A DNA stretch of 60,078 nt, filler included, from Dirinaria sp. TL-2023a (lineage: Eukaryota): the NCBI GenBank assembly GCA_051941275.1. It is 10 parts of 10 records of this genome, joined end to end, with 100 filler letters (N's around TTAATTAATTAA, not from the genome) between each part and the next. Parts side by side here need not be neighbours in the genome. Positions count along the whole stretch, not along the records: positions 36,138 to 42,052 come from JAVEBF010001566.1; positions 42,153 to 48,066 come from JAVEBF010001567.1; positions 48,167 to 54,078 come from JAVEBF010001568.1; 7 more parts are not named here. The stretch is one strand, 5' to 3'. Positions 38,513 through 50,550 of this stretch are shown piece by piece; the stretch's first letter is position 1; each line of letters opens with the position of its first letter. The notes under the pieces were generated by a model. It saw nothing but the letters and a program-made list of their open reading frames with translations, had not been told where the DNA came from and made no database searches. A program made the position numbers and the translations under genes.

Positions 38513-41222
38513 ATGCTCCGCGCTCACAAGTCCTTCTCGCCCAGTATGAGGAAGCATCAACAGAAAAGAGGGAATCAACAAGCAGTGTATACCACAGCTG
38601 CAAATCATGGACCGGTTCAGCCTGTGGGCCTCGCCCACGGATCATTCGACATCAACTCAACAGTCGAACAACCTACGGCCGCCTCGAGCGGTGCGTCTGG
38701 TGTCACTCAGTTGACCCCTCAAGATAGCGATGAAGGGCCTACTCTTGTCTCTTCCCAGTTTACCAGATCCAGTGGTCCAGCTATGTTATTTACACCACAA
38801 GAGGCCTCATCCGATCCGTTTTTGCCAAACCTTGCGGGTCAAGCTGCTACGCATTCTGAGGGCCCTTCCGACATCATGCACCCCCGGGAAGGGCCACAGT
38901 CTCCACAGGCTATAGCCACTGGTACATTGGTTGGTTACGACGACCATTTAGATTTCCAGAATCAGCCTAACAACGGTGTCGACCCACGTGAGTAGGCCCA
39001 AAAGCGTCGTTTGAAATCCACATGCAGCGAGCTAAAACCCATTTAGGGCTCCTGTTCCATCTCAGACAACCGGAAAATGAATGGTCGGCCACGACATTCA
39101 ATCTGCTTTCTGGACTGGAGATGGGCCATCGTCAGCCCGAGCTCGTTGCGCCGAATATGCAATCATCAGGCAATTATTCCTTTGAAAATCGAGGCAGCGA
39201 CTACCGCCTTCCAACATTGCCGCGCCATATGCCTGGATTTCTAGGCTATGAGGAGCCGTGGTCGACTTGGAGAATGCCCCCTGATCAACTCCAAAGCTTG
39301 CCACCTTCCGATACTAGCTTATTCGCAGATTTGTCAGCGGTCATTCATCCGCGCGTGAAGCAGAACACACTTGGTACAGGGCCGGTCACTGGTCATAAGA
39401 GCGGTGTTGCGTTGATGGGGTTCGACATGGACCTGGACACGAGTACTCAGAGCTCTGACGATACACTGGACAAGCCGCCGTCAGGAGATCCAGTTGGACC
39501 TCCACCCAATGATACCTCGCCTTCGACTCCGCAAGTGGCAGCTTCATCCAATAGTCAGTACAGAAAAGGAGGACGCAAAGGGCCCTTGAGTGCCAAAGTG
39601 AAAAAGAACGCTAAGACCATGCGATTAACCAGAAGCTGCTGGCACTGCGTCTTGATGCGAGGACCGGTAGAGTATTCGCGTTGCTTCTTAGGCTCATCTT
39701 TCGACTAATGACCGTCTGTATTTTAGTGTCTCATGCACTGTGCCAATGGGAACTGCAGAGCTTGCCAATCCATGCGCAAAACCTCTTTGATCCCAGTATG
39801 CGATAATACCAATTTGCCAGAGCTTGTATCGGTCTTTTTACCAGGTACTACATACTTCCACTACTAGCATACTGAAATGGAAAACTGATGTAAGGTACAG
39901 ATATCCTGGCTCGCCAACACCAACCCGATCAGCTGAGAGCTTTCTGCAAGTCTAAGGTCAAAGCTTGGACTGAAAACGAACTGTGAATATCGATTTTCTT
40001 ATCACATATCTTTTCGATCGCTGTTTTGCAAGATTGTTCGGGAGCGTCATACTCTTGATCCATGCTCCACAATTGTTGATCTTGTTGACGACATATGCTG
40101 ACTTGATATGCAGCACAGTCTATGTGACTTGCGGAATTGGTTTCCCGATCAAGTGTAACGTCTGGGAGATAGAGCCGAAAGATAACACCCTCCTATACCA
40201 GAGCCAATACCGATTGAACGAGCAGACAAGCCAGTACGAGAGGGGCGATTTTGCATCGCCACCCATTGGTATGAAGATGATTTTTTTCGAGGAATGGCGG
40301 CCCAAGCTTGAGCAGTATATCAAGACCATATTGTCCGACTATTTCAAGACTTTTCCCGATAAGTGCTATCGTGGCACGGCTTGCGAAGTGCAGAAAGAGA
40401 TTCTTCGCCTGCTACACCGGTACTACCTTGCTGCAAAAGGCGACGACCACGGTGTAAGCTACATCGGTGGCGGCTTGAGACAGCATGCTGAAATATGCAG
40501 GACTTGACCGGCCTTTGCCTCGAATTGGTAATCGTGACCTATATTATGACCCACTCTTGGACTCTTACGGAGAACACCAAAAAGAAGGTCTTCGACCAGT
40601 TGTGGAGGAAGCCGAGCGGGCCCTTTCAAGTTTATACATCCCCACGGTGGTTGAACAAACAGCTCAAATACCTGATGGCTACTGCGCATCGGGAGCTGAT
40701 GAGGAAGGTCTTGGCTGGCATCCAAGACAAGCTCCACCTTTCGAATAAGAAAGCAGCTTGGGCAACAGTCTTCGTGAGCCTGTTAATGTTTTCGATGACA
40801 ACCGAATCATTGCAGGTCGCAGTTCGCGGCAAAGAAGCAATAGACAAACGCGAAGGCATTCTCATGCCAGAAGATGAAACGGCGCAGACAACCATAGATA
40901 AAATAGAGGAAAGACTTAACTTCTTAATACGGTTGTACCGTAAGAAGTACGGAGCCACGGAGGAGCGAGAGATGACCTTCAATCCTCTCAAGGAGGGCTT
41001 CAGGGCGTATGCAGATCTAAGTCGGCCGGATCAGAGTCTAGCACGCGAGATGAAGGATGTGATTGATACTTATCGTCGGTTGTCCCCAATATTCACCCTC
41101 CTGAATGATACTAAAATGGCGTAGGCGGTTTCCTTGAGACTCGCCAGTCCTTGAGTCCGCCATCAGTCGACACCGAGCCGCAGTACTCGCGACTGGTTGC
41201 CAAATTTCTACTTTGCCACTGA
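38513..41222 (+). CDS. Multi-exon fungal transcription-factor-like protein with internal Zn2Cys6-like cluster (start uncertain)
   Basis: RKGPLSAKVKKNAKTMRLTRSCWHCVLMRGP|CLMHCANGNCRACQ..VC (intron 39667-39726); downstream exons GIGFPIKCNVWE, FASPPIG, SPRWLNKQLKY; terminal exon SRLVAKFLLCH-stop. Confidence 0.72.
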
Positions 41223-42052
41223 ACTTACGGCACGGTGCACCTGTATGCGTATGCTCTCATCCAAACGCCCTCCACTTCTACGTTTGCGATTGAATCATAT
41301 TGAAGAAGGGTGGAAGCGTGTGCCCGTGAGCTCTGTTTAGTTTCAAAATACAAATTGATGCCCAGATATGCCGATGCTGCATTCCTATAGAAGCTTGCTG
41401 CAACACACACCCGGACCCTCGTTCTTCATGTGCGTTCATTATAAAATAGTCCTCGTGCCCCGTGAAATGTAAGAAGAAGCACAAGGGTGGAGATGAGACG
41501 CCGGGCTGCTATTCCCTATTCTTTCTTTCTCCCACAGACTAGATGAAAAGTATGCCTCGAGACCATGGAGTTGTAGATGCAGGAGGTAGGCAATAAGTCG
41601 TGGGTTGCTTTGTGATGAACAATTTTTGGAAGTACAGCGTTGCTGCTACGCAGAATGGACAGAATACCAAGAAGAGATCGATCATGTCTCAATAATAATG
41701 TATGGCAGGCATATGTTTTTTTCCAAAGATCCCCACCAAATCGACGCTGTCGTTCACCATCCCATGAGAGAAAGGTGGCACGAAGAAAAAAGCCCCCTCC
41801 CACACTATCTTTCAGAACCCGAAGCAGCAGCAGCAGCAGCGGCAACTCGCCGCTGCCATCATTGTCCGTCTGATTTTGCAATTTGATTCCGTGGTATGCG
41901 ATTGACGCGATGCGATTATCAAAACAGATACCGAACAAGAAAAAATATGTGGTGAACCCGTCGGAACTCTACTTCTTCCGTTCCGCCACGCCATTTAGCC
42001 CCCCTCGCGCCTCGGCAATTACCGTACAAAATCCCCCCCCCCCCCCTCCCCC

Positions 42053-42152
42053 NNNNNNNNNNNNNNNNNNNNNNNNNNNNNNNNNNNNNNNNNNNNTTAA
42101 TTAATTAANNNNNNNNNNNNNNNNNNNNNNNNNNNNNNNNNNNNNNNNNNNN
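42053..42152. other. Artificial contig spacer
   Basis: N44-TTAATTAATTAA-N44. Confidence 0.99.
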
Positions 42153-43734
42153 GACGAAAAGGAGGGCCAGGTAAGGCGTGAGCGCGAGGCTTTGGTAAGG
42201 ACCATTTGCCTAATTTCCGATGTTAGACATTTTAAGGGAGATTTGTGTTTCTGTATAGCTGGTATGGGAGCCAGGAACCCTGTAGTGGTTTGAGTCTGCC
42301 AGAGATACTGTAGATGTTTCCTGGCCTGGCTGTTGGTGTTTTGAAATAACTTCCAAAGCTCTTGTTTACAGGCTTAATGTCGGACTATTTGCTTAAGAAA
42401 CGGGTAATAGTGAGCCAATGACAAACAACACCACTACATCGCTCGCTCCACGAGATTGTGCTTAAGAAGACTTTGAGACCCCTCTCATCATTCTTTGGCA
42501 TATTGGAATCCACATAGCCCGCGGCTGGTCAGCGAGCAAGTCTTCCGCGGTGTGATCGACGTACATAATTCTGAATTGCTTGTCGTGCGGCCGGAAACGT
42601 CCTCTCTTGACCGAGGTATGAGGTGGCTGAGGCTACAGCAGGCTGCAGAGGTATAAGATAGTCTTGGCATGTGGAAAATCTGGCTTGTTACTGATGATGT
42701 TTAGACTCACAGCAAGATAGGAGATGAGTCTCAGATTCAATTGCAGGATCGCTACTGGAAAGCTGAATTTTGTTTGCTCGGGATGGAGTAGCGTCCTCTT
42801 GAAACTGTTTGGCCAAGTCCATTTCCACCATTTCTAGGTCCTAGAGGTGTTTGTTTTGGGATGTTCAACTTCTCATCATTGATTGCCGATGAGATTGGCT
42901 TTGATTCTGTTTTTTTTTTTTTTTTTTTTTTTTCCGTCGTCCTTATTTGGTCCCCCACACCGGTCTCCTCGCCGCCTTCTCCTTTTTCCACAAATGTTTC
43001 TACCCGATCATATTTATTTTATTTTATTTCTAAATTTCGTCTTGCCGAAATTTCTTCTTTTTCTTCTCTCCCCCTTTTTTTTATTTTTTATTTTCTTTTA
43101 GTCTGTTGCTGTGAGGTGAAAGGCCTCATTTAGTGGAGCTGCATGGTAGAAGCGGAGCTACAGACTAGGCACATGCACGCCGCGTGGGCGAGTACGACGA
43201 TTCTTGATGAGAAGTGAAAGAACAAAGGAGCAGATTGCTTCTATTGCTAAGACTAATAATTGAGAAGCCAAAAAGAAATGAGCGACCCGCTTCTCTATTC
43301 AAATATGCTTGCTCCCCTTTGCTACCTTGATTCCCAGGTCCGACCTCACACTAGACTCTTATCAAAACGCCGTAGGCGAGGTTAGCGTGGTCCTGCCTCG
43401 CGCTCCAATAGCGAGCGCGGCCAACTTCCAAGCAGGCGAGGCTCCGTGCGACGCTCCTAGGGCCAGATTCCCCTAAGGCCGTCACAGTTGCCGAATCGAG
43501 TTCTTTCTATCTTTAAGCTGTGTTTAGAAATTTGCGAGCATGAAAAGCCTGATTGTGTAAAGATCTTGCCATCAGAAGTGGTGTATGACGCAGTCAATCA
43601 AGATCTGGATGCTGACGTCTAAGGAGAAGGTTGTCAAAGGTTGACTATTTGGGACTTGAAAAAGCTTTGACTCTTATGTCATTTGTCTTAGCTTTGAAAT
43701 CATAGCGTTGAACAGTTGCTGCATAGCGAAAGAA

Positions 43735-44305
43735 CCGGCAAACGAGACTTGTGGCTGCGCAAAGGAGGAACGATTCCTCTTCATAGCGTTCCCTGCTAGG
43801 TCGAGGCAGGTCAAACCATGGTTTCGTTGAACGCGATAGAAGCGGCAAACGAGAGTTATGGCTGCGCAAAGGACGAACAATCCCTCTTAATAGCGTTCCC
43901 TGCTAGGTCGAGGCAGGTCAAACCATGATTTCGTTGAACGCGATAGAAGCGGCAAACGAGAGTTTTGATTGCGCAAAAGATGAACAAGAGCTCGTCATGG
44001 CGTTCCCCGCGAAGTCGAGGCAGGTCAAACCATGGTTTGGTTGTACACGTGAAAAGCTCACGAGAGTCGAAACTGCATAAGAGACAAACAAAGCCTCTTC
44101 ATAGCTTTCCCTGCTAAATCGAGGCAGGTCAAACCATGGTTTCGTTGAACGCGTTGAAAGCTCACGAGAGTTGCAACTGCACAAAAGACGAGCAAAGCCT
44201 CTTCATAGCTTTCCCTGCTAAATCGAGGCAGGCCAGACTTCATAGCGTTCCCCGCCAAGTCACGGCAGGTCAAACCATGGTTTCGTTGAACGCCCTGAAA
44301 GCTCT
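43735..44305. repeat. Tandem array of ~5.5 diverged 107/104-bp units
   Basis: Anchor GCAGGTCAAACCATG at 43806, 43913, 44020, 44124, (44228 variant) and 44265; spacings 107, 107, 104, 104, 37. Confidence 0.95.
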
Positions 44306-44747
44306 TCGAAGAAATGTTCGAATTCGAGGGTTTGTCGGATTGGCCAATCCGGATTGATGGGCGCTTGGCGCTTGTCGCGGCTACGCTAAACTCTTGCTCG
44401 ACCTCCCTCGGTCATAGTCTCCCGATATTTCACTTTCGAGAGCCCGAGAATATATATTATATCCATTGTTTGATATATAGCATGATGGTCTGTAATTCAA
44501 TAGAAGAAGTAAACGGCTTTTGAGTGGAGCTGTCGTTTGTCTTTTGTCGTCGAAGACAAACAAAACCGGCGAACGTTTTGACGGGCCCGAGCCTGGTCTC
44601 TCGAGGTATAGTTTGTCCCTGAAGGATACCATGATCTCCTTCAACCGCGGTGCCTGTTTGGGCTCTTTACAACTGTAGAATCGGCAGTCCGAGGTTTTCT
44701 TGGTACGCTCCTTGGGCTTGCTCTTGTCAGGGATTTGGAAAAACGCC

Positions 44748-46062
44748 ATGATTGCGTCCAAATCCTCGTCGCACTTTCCGAACCATGTGCGGCCAAGGGT
44801 CTGGTTCATAGCGTCATCAGCTTCAGAGCCACGTGTCTCTATTGCGCGTCAGGCGCTTGCTCATGGTGACTCTGTTGTCTGTGGAGAGCATGCCAGGATG
44901 TCCGCGATCGATGATGACGATCGAGATCAAGAGTTAGTCTCCTTGATGAACCAAGCGGAGAATGAAGAATGGGTAGAAAGATTGATGATTGTGAGGTATG
45001 ATGGGAAGTATGTACTCATTTTCATATAAGGTCAATATAGAGTATATTCTTCCAAAATGTTGATATATAAGCAGGCTAGCCGGCCAGTGTCAAGCAGCAG
45101 TGGCAAGAGCCATTGAGAGGTTCGGTAGAATAGATGTTTTATTATGTTGCTCCAGCGAAGGTACTAATAGGGCTGTGCTTCTCTGGCTGTTTGATCATGT
45201 GCTGATGCATCTTGCCAAGCGATTGTCGGAGCTGTAGAAGAGCTGGGTGTATCGCAGGAGACCTTGACCCTGATGCGAGACCAGTTCGAGACAAACTTCT
45301 TTGGACCTGTCAATGTTATCAAAGCTTTGCTTCCCAAGATGCGGATGCGAGGCTCCGGTCATATTATAGTTCTTGGATCCATTAGTATGTCTTTCATTCT
45401 GTGTGGTGCAGCGCCCATGCTTAATAGTCCTCTCAGCCGGTCACCTCGGTACGCCTGGGCTTGGAATGTATTGTTCGTCCGGCTGGGCCTTGGAAGGTTT
45501 TTGTGATGTATCACAGGCTCGTGCGGTCTATAGAACACCTACTGACTTCTATCAGAGCCTTGCATATGAGGTAGCCCCCTTCAACATTAAGGTTACGGTC
45601 ATCCAAGCCAATATGGAGGTCAATGTACTTACCAATAAGATCACGGCTGCTCCAGCTCTGCCTCAGTACTCTCCGGAGAGTAATCCGGCACCATTATTTC
45701 GAACGATCATTGGAGGTCTCCTCCACCGGTTAGAGAACCTGGGTAGTGCTGCACAAGAAAGTGACCAGGGACTCCGTCGGACAATGCTGTCCGAAGAGAG
45801 CATTGTTTCTTTGTATCCGAAACTTCCTGCAGCAATGAAGTCAGCGATGCTCGCAGAGACTGTCAACGCTATCACAGCTATTGCTGGCCATGAGAACCCA
45901 CCGGCGAGGCACATTGTGGGCCACGAGGCCGTTGCAAGTGTAAAAGAGAAGTTGAAGACCGTAAGTGAGGAACTCGAGGACTTCGTTGAGGTGAGTGCTG
46001 CTGTGGACATAGACGGAGAAGAGGAAGGCTCTCCAAGCGTGAAAGCGACCCATCGTCAGTAG
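44748..46062 (+). CDS. Atypical short-chain dehydrogenase/reductase, 5 exons
   Basis: FPNHVRPRVWFI..IARQALAHGDSVV | CQAAVARAIERFGRIDVLL | QFETNFFGPVNVIKALLPKMR..GHII | GHLGTPGLGMYCSSGWALEGFCD | SLAYEVAPFNIKVTVIQ; GT-AG junctions in phase. Confidence 0.88.
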
Positions 46063-47549
46063 CCATGTCGATTGTCCAGAAAACTTGCTGGCCCACTTTT
46101 TTGAAGGTCTACCCGGCAAGACATGAAGATCCAACAGGACTAGCAAGACGATCAGCAATCATTGAAATCGATTTGGAAATCGCAACTCACCTAAGAAAAA
46201 TATTTCTTTTGCTGTAGTAGGACTTGGTAGATCGAGAAGACAAGTGTGATAAGACTCCTCGAGCAGCCCATGCGTAGAAGGGGTCATTGCACGCTGGATA
46301 TTCCGGGTTTAGAAGTTCTCCATGGACGATCATGGACCCCCAGAAGTCGAGCTGTAGCAATGAATCGACTAGAACGCCGATGGCATTGCTCGAGACCGCA
46401 AAAGTATGGCCAATGCCCTGGTAGCAATAATTAGATCTGGCCGGCGAAGCCGCGGAGCAGTCGTCGGCTGCTGCCTTCAATCAATCCAGCAATAGCCCTT
46501 GATTTAAAAGACGGCGGCCAAAGAGTTTGACATGTACATCACCCACAGGGTGCTGGTCAAGCTGATAGAAGACGGTCAGATCCTCGCTGTCGCCAGCATA
46601 CCTATTAAGTCCCGATTTGGCTGGCTTTGGAGCGGGAGTTTCAAGTTGCCACCAAACTCATTAAGTCCTGGGTTCGTCGATTACCTTGGGGATTCCAGCT
46701 TGAACTGGGCTCGAATCTCCTTACGCAGAGCTTCGTCCTCGATTTTTTTATCTCTGTTCTTGGAGGAGAGTCGAGAGAAGCGAAAATGCATAAAAAGGCG
46801 AGAAACCACAGCTCACAGGCACAGACACGAAAATGAGTGGCGATGATGTATGTGGAACAAGAGTTCTTGGTTTGCTTTGTGAATTTAGGTAATAAGGGTG
46901 TGTCGAAGATAAAAAAAGATACTAAAGCAACGACACTGATAGGTCGCGTAAAGAGCCAATGAGCGAGAGAGTTTGCATAAGGGTATTGCAACAAGGTGTT
47001 CTGGGGTCCCAGCATAACACAGTGGGAAAAGAGGTCAAGAAAGGCTTGCAAGGTATCTAAAGGCAATGTATGTCAAAAGCCTTGGAGGTGGTAGATAGTA
47101 TATGACTGCTAATGGGTGCAGAGACATAAGAATTTTCTTTTCAGAGCTTTAGTATGGATAGGCAAAGGTCAAAAGATTGTCAAGTAAGTAAACCAATCAT
47201 CTATGCCCTTGATAACAGGCAGCATTTGTATGGCATGCAGGAATTCATGATAGATAGAGCTAGTGTCTTGATCATACTCAACTAAGGTCTAACCAAAAGC
47301 CTAATAGGAACAAATAGTACAGAAGATCAATCACCAAAGGCCAAGAACAAATCCATTTTTAAGTTTCAAGTCTCAATGGATGGCAAGAGTCTGAAGAATA
47401 AAAAGAAAAGAGGGAGATACCTGGCCAGGAAGGTTGTTTAAATACATGGTACTGCCACCCCAGTCCGGGTAGTTGGTGCTCGAAAGTCGAACTTCATCTG
47501 CATGACAACATCAAGCCCTTCATCGCCACCTGGCTGACGATAGGAAGGA

Positions 47550-47878
47550 TAGACCTTCCTTCCTCCTATACAACATCTTCAGCTGCAACACCAAGGCCAT
47601 CATGCTGTTCTAATGGGTGAAGAGTGAGAGAAATGGGGAACAGGGGATAGATCTTCATTACGAATTACTCAAAAATAGGAAGAAGAATCCGACCGCCGGC
47701 TTTCCTTCCTCCAACACAACATCCTCAGCTGCAACACGAAGAGCTTCATGCCGTGCATATGGATGAAGAGTGAGGGGGAAATGGGGAATGAGAGGCAGAT
47801 CTTCATCACGAATTGCTCAAAAATAGGAAGAGGAGCTCAACTGCCAGCTTGCCTTCCTCCTTTACAACAGTCTCAGGT
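47550..47878. repeat. Diverged tandem duplication, ~147-bp unit, ~2.2 copies
   Basis: CCTTCCTCC..ACAACA recurs at 47558, 47704 and 47852; shared CAGCTGCAACAC, GAAATGGGGAA, AGATCTTCAT, CTCAAAAATAGGAAGA. Confidence 0.85.
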
Positions 47879-48066
47879 CGATAGCGGGGGTCCTCATGCA
47901 GTGGAGCAGGATGAAGAGGAGGGGAAAGGGGGAATGATGGAGCCTTCTTCATTGGTTGAGGGCTGGAGGTGGAAAGGGGAGGATATGCGTTAATGGCTTG
48001 CCCTTCCTGACAACACTAAAAGTCCGCACTAATGAAAGTGGGCTTAGAAAATGAATCGATATGCCC

Positions 48067-48166
48067 NNNNNNNNNNNNNNNNNNNNNNNNNNNNNNNNNN
48101 NNNNNNNNNNTTAATTAATTAANNNNNNNNNNNNNNNNNNNNNNNNNNNNNNNNNNNNNNNNNNNN
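48067..48166. other. Artificial contig spacer
   Basis: N44-TTAATTAATTAA-N44. Confidence 0.99.
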
Positions 48167-50550
48167 GGTTTCTGTTAGTTTGAGGGGCATGGTTGGTGAT
48201 CTTTTTATATGCACAGCGTATTGTGGCCGCTTTCTTTTTTTTTGGGTGTTTGGGGTTTGTTGGGAAGTAACTGGTTCGATGGACGATAAGGAAGAAGGAA
48301 ATCTTATCTATAGGCATGTAACCTAGATACATATATGTATCTGGTGTTTGCCGACAATCTACATGATTACCATGCTTGGTACGCATGATAAAAGGAAATC
48401 AGAGAAATTCTATGTAAGGAAATCATAATGGAACTGTGACTGAAGAAGTGCAAATATATGCCTTGCTTCTAACAGCCCCAGAGAGGATTTCTAAGCCTAT
48501 AAGCCGTCGAGACTCGTTCCATGGATCGTTTCGGCGCGGTGCCCATCGAGTTTAGGCAAATGTTATCTCAGAAGCGTTGCAGATGCACGCAGCATGCCTC
48601 TCCCTAGCGTATGATAGCTAAAATGGAGGATTAGAGAAAACTCGGGGTACTCGGGTGCTTTGTTTCCTAATGTGACTGAGTTTCGAGATCTTCTTTGGAA
48701 ATAAAAGCAATTGCGAAGCGCTTACGAGTAGAGTATTAATATTCTCATCGGTCAGACCGACCTACATCAAAGACCCGTAAGAAAACAGTGGAAAACCCTT
48801 CGATTTCTATCAGCACACAGTCGTACTGCGTCTTTGAATTCCGCTCCGCGATATCTGTTGAAGAATCAGCGAGTTATGAGACCAGGCTAAGGTTAGATAG
48901 AGAACGGTATGTTCATCGTATATGGGTGAGTGAGTGTTTAATAGCCGCTGGTACTGGCTTCGAGCTAGTCTATGTGACGTAAATGTGAAAACAACGTCTG
49001 AGCCTGAATCTCTCATTTGACAATATTTCACACCTATATTTAGCTCGTATTGCTGGATTAGGAGCTTTTGTATGATCGCGAATGCAGCCTCAATTGAATT
49101 TTTGAAGCCGCGAGTGATTGAGCGATGACTGAAATGCTGGCTCGCTCGATTCTCATCCGGTTCCATTCCCACCGGTCCATGATAATGATTCCTCTTTAAC
49201 CGGCTTACTAACTGATTCTTATGCGTACTTAGATTGGTAAGTTCCGGCGGGGGAAGCGCCAGTTTGGATCCAAGGCACGCTCGGCATCTTGTACTGCCTT
49301 TGCCTCCTCTGGTTCTTCTGTCTTATTCTTGAAGCGGCGAATTAGAATTACTCCTATGTTTTAGTGGATGTCAAAAATTGGTACATGGTGTAGGGTAGGA
49401 GGTTCATTTTGAGAGAGGTCGTTGTAGCATTTGGGTGCAGAGGAGATCATTTGGCTCGTTGTAGTCTGAAGGAGCCTTGTACCGCTCACCCGCAAGGGCA
49501 GTGTCAGCTGATGTAGACTCTCGAAATATTCCCGCGTAACAAATCTGCTGCGTACATGTACTTGGAATGCATCGGCATGAAGAGTTTCGCCATTGCTATG
49601 TCCAATTGTTGATGGACTCCCTCTTGGGCTGGCTTCGATTGTGATAGGGTCTCGGGTCAATCTTCACTGTAGGCATCTATCTTTGCTACGAATGCTGCTG
49701 CTGGCTGGGAAGTAAAGTCCCCAAGCGCTCTAAAAGACGTCATTTTGAGCTTTTGTGTTTTTGTATGCCCTGGCAAGCGTGGATGCTCGTTTCATCCATG
49801 TGTGCGTTGCTTTTTCGCTGTTCATGTTCGTATTTCCGCTTTGCATTCTCTTCGTGCCTGTACTGGTTCAACATTTTTTGGTCACCTATATAAAAATAGC
49901 TTTTCAATGGTTCACTGATTCAAGATCATTTTGCTGATGTTTTTTTTGGCACGAGTTGTTGAGTAGGTATCTTACCTTAGGGTCGACTAGCGAAAAGACG
50001 CTGCTGCTTCCCTCGTTCGGGCGCAATCTGGAAGCTGACTAACAACCTTAATGCTTTTCGCTCGACCCTAATGGCTTGGCGTGAATACCTACTTCCCGAG
50101 GCTTTTGCATCTACTGTACTCCGTACTCCGTACTTTATCTGCTTTACTGCCTTGCCGAGGTGTCGAGTAAAATGAGAGGAAAGATCCTCTTCTGCTTAAT
50201 TGGCCTTCACCTTCTTTTTTCAGGCTGGCTCATAAAAGCGCTTGATCAGTTCCATCTCGCGTAACACCCTGTTCAACAAGCTGAAAGGACAACATGTTAT
50301 CTGTGGTGGACTGCGATGTGCTTCGGAGCCTCTTTACGGGACCTTATCGAGGTTGCACAATCATTATATAGCCGCAGCATATAACGCCGACTGTTGCCTG
50401 GAAGTTACGACGAATCAGGTGGCGAGGCATAATGTAGCCTTGGAAGACCTGGACCAACTGATGGAGCTTCAGCTTGCTTTCTCTTTTCATTTTATGCAAT
50501 GATCCGCTCATATAGAAGGAAGAATTTTCGACTGCTAAAAAACCGAAATC

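Noticed and set aside
41605..42052. Possible gene remnant (RRCHHCPSDFAI*) with a (GCA)n tract
   Set aside because: No clear start or splice structure and truncated by the contig end; not supportable
43735..44305. CRISPR array
   Set aside because: The intervening segments are homologous to each other rather than unique spacers, the context is eukaryotic, and no cas genes are present
44381..44809. 142-aa minus-strand ORF next to the repeat array
   Set aside because: Overlaps the SDR first exon and promoter on the antisense strand; no recognisable motif
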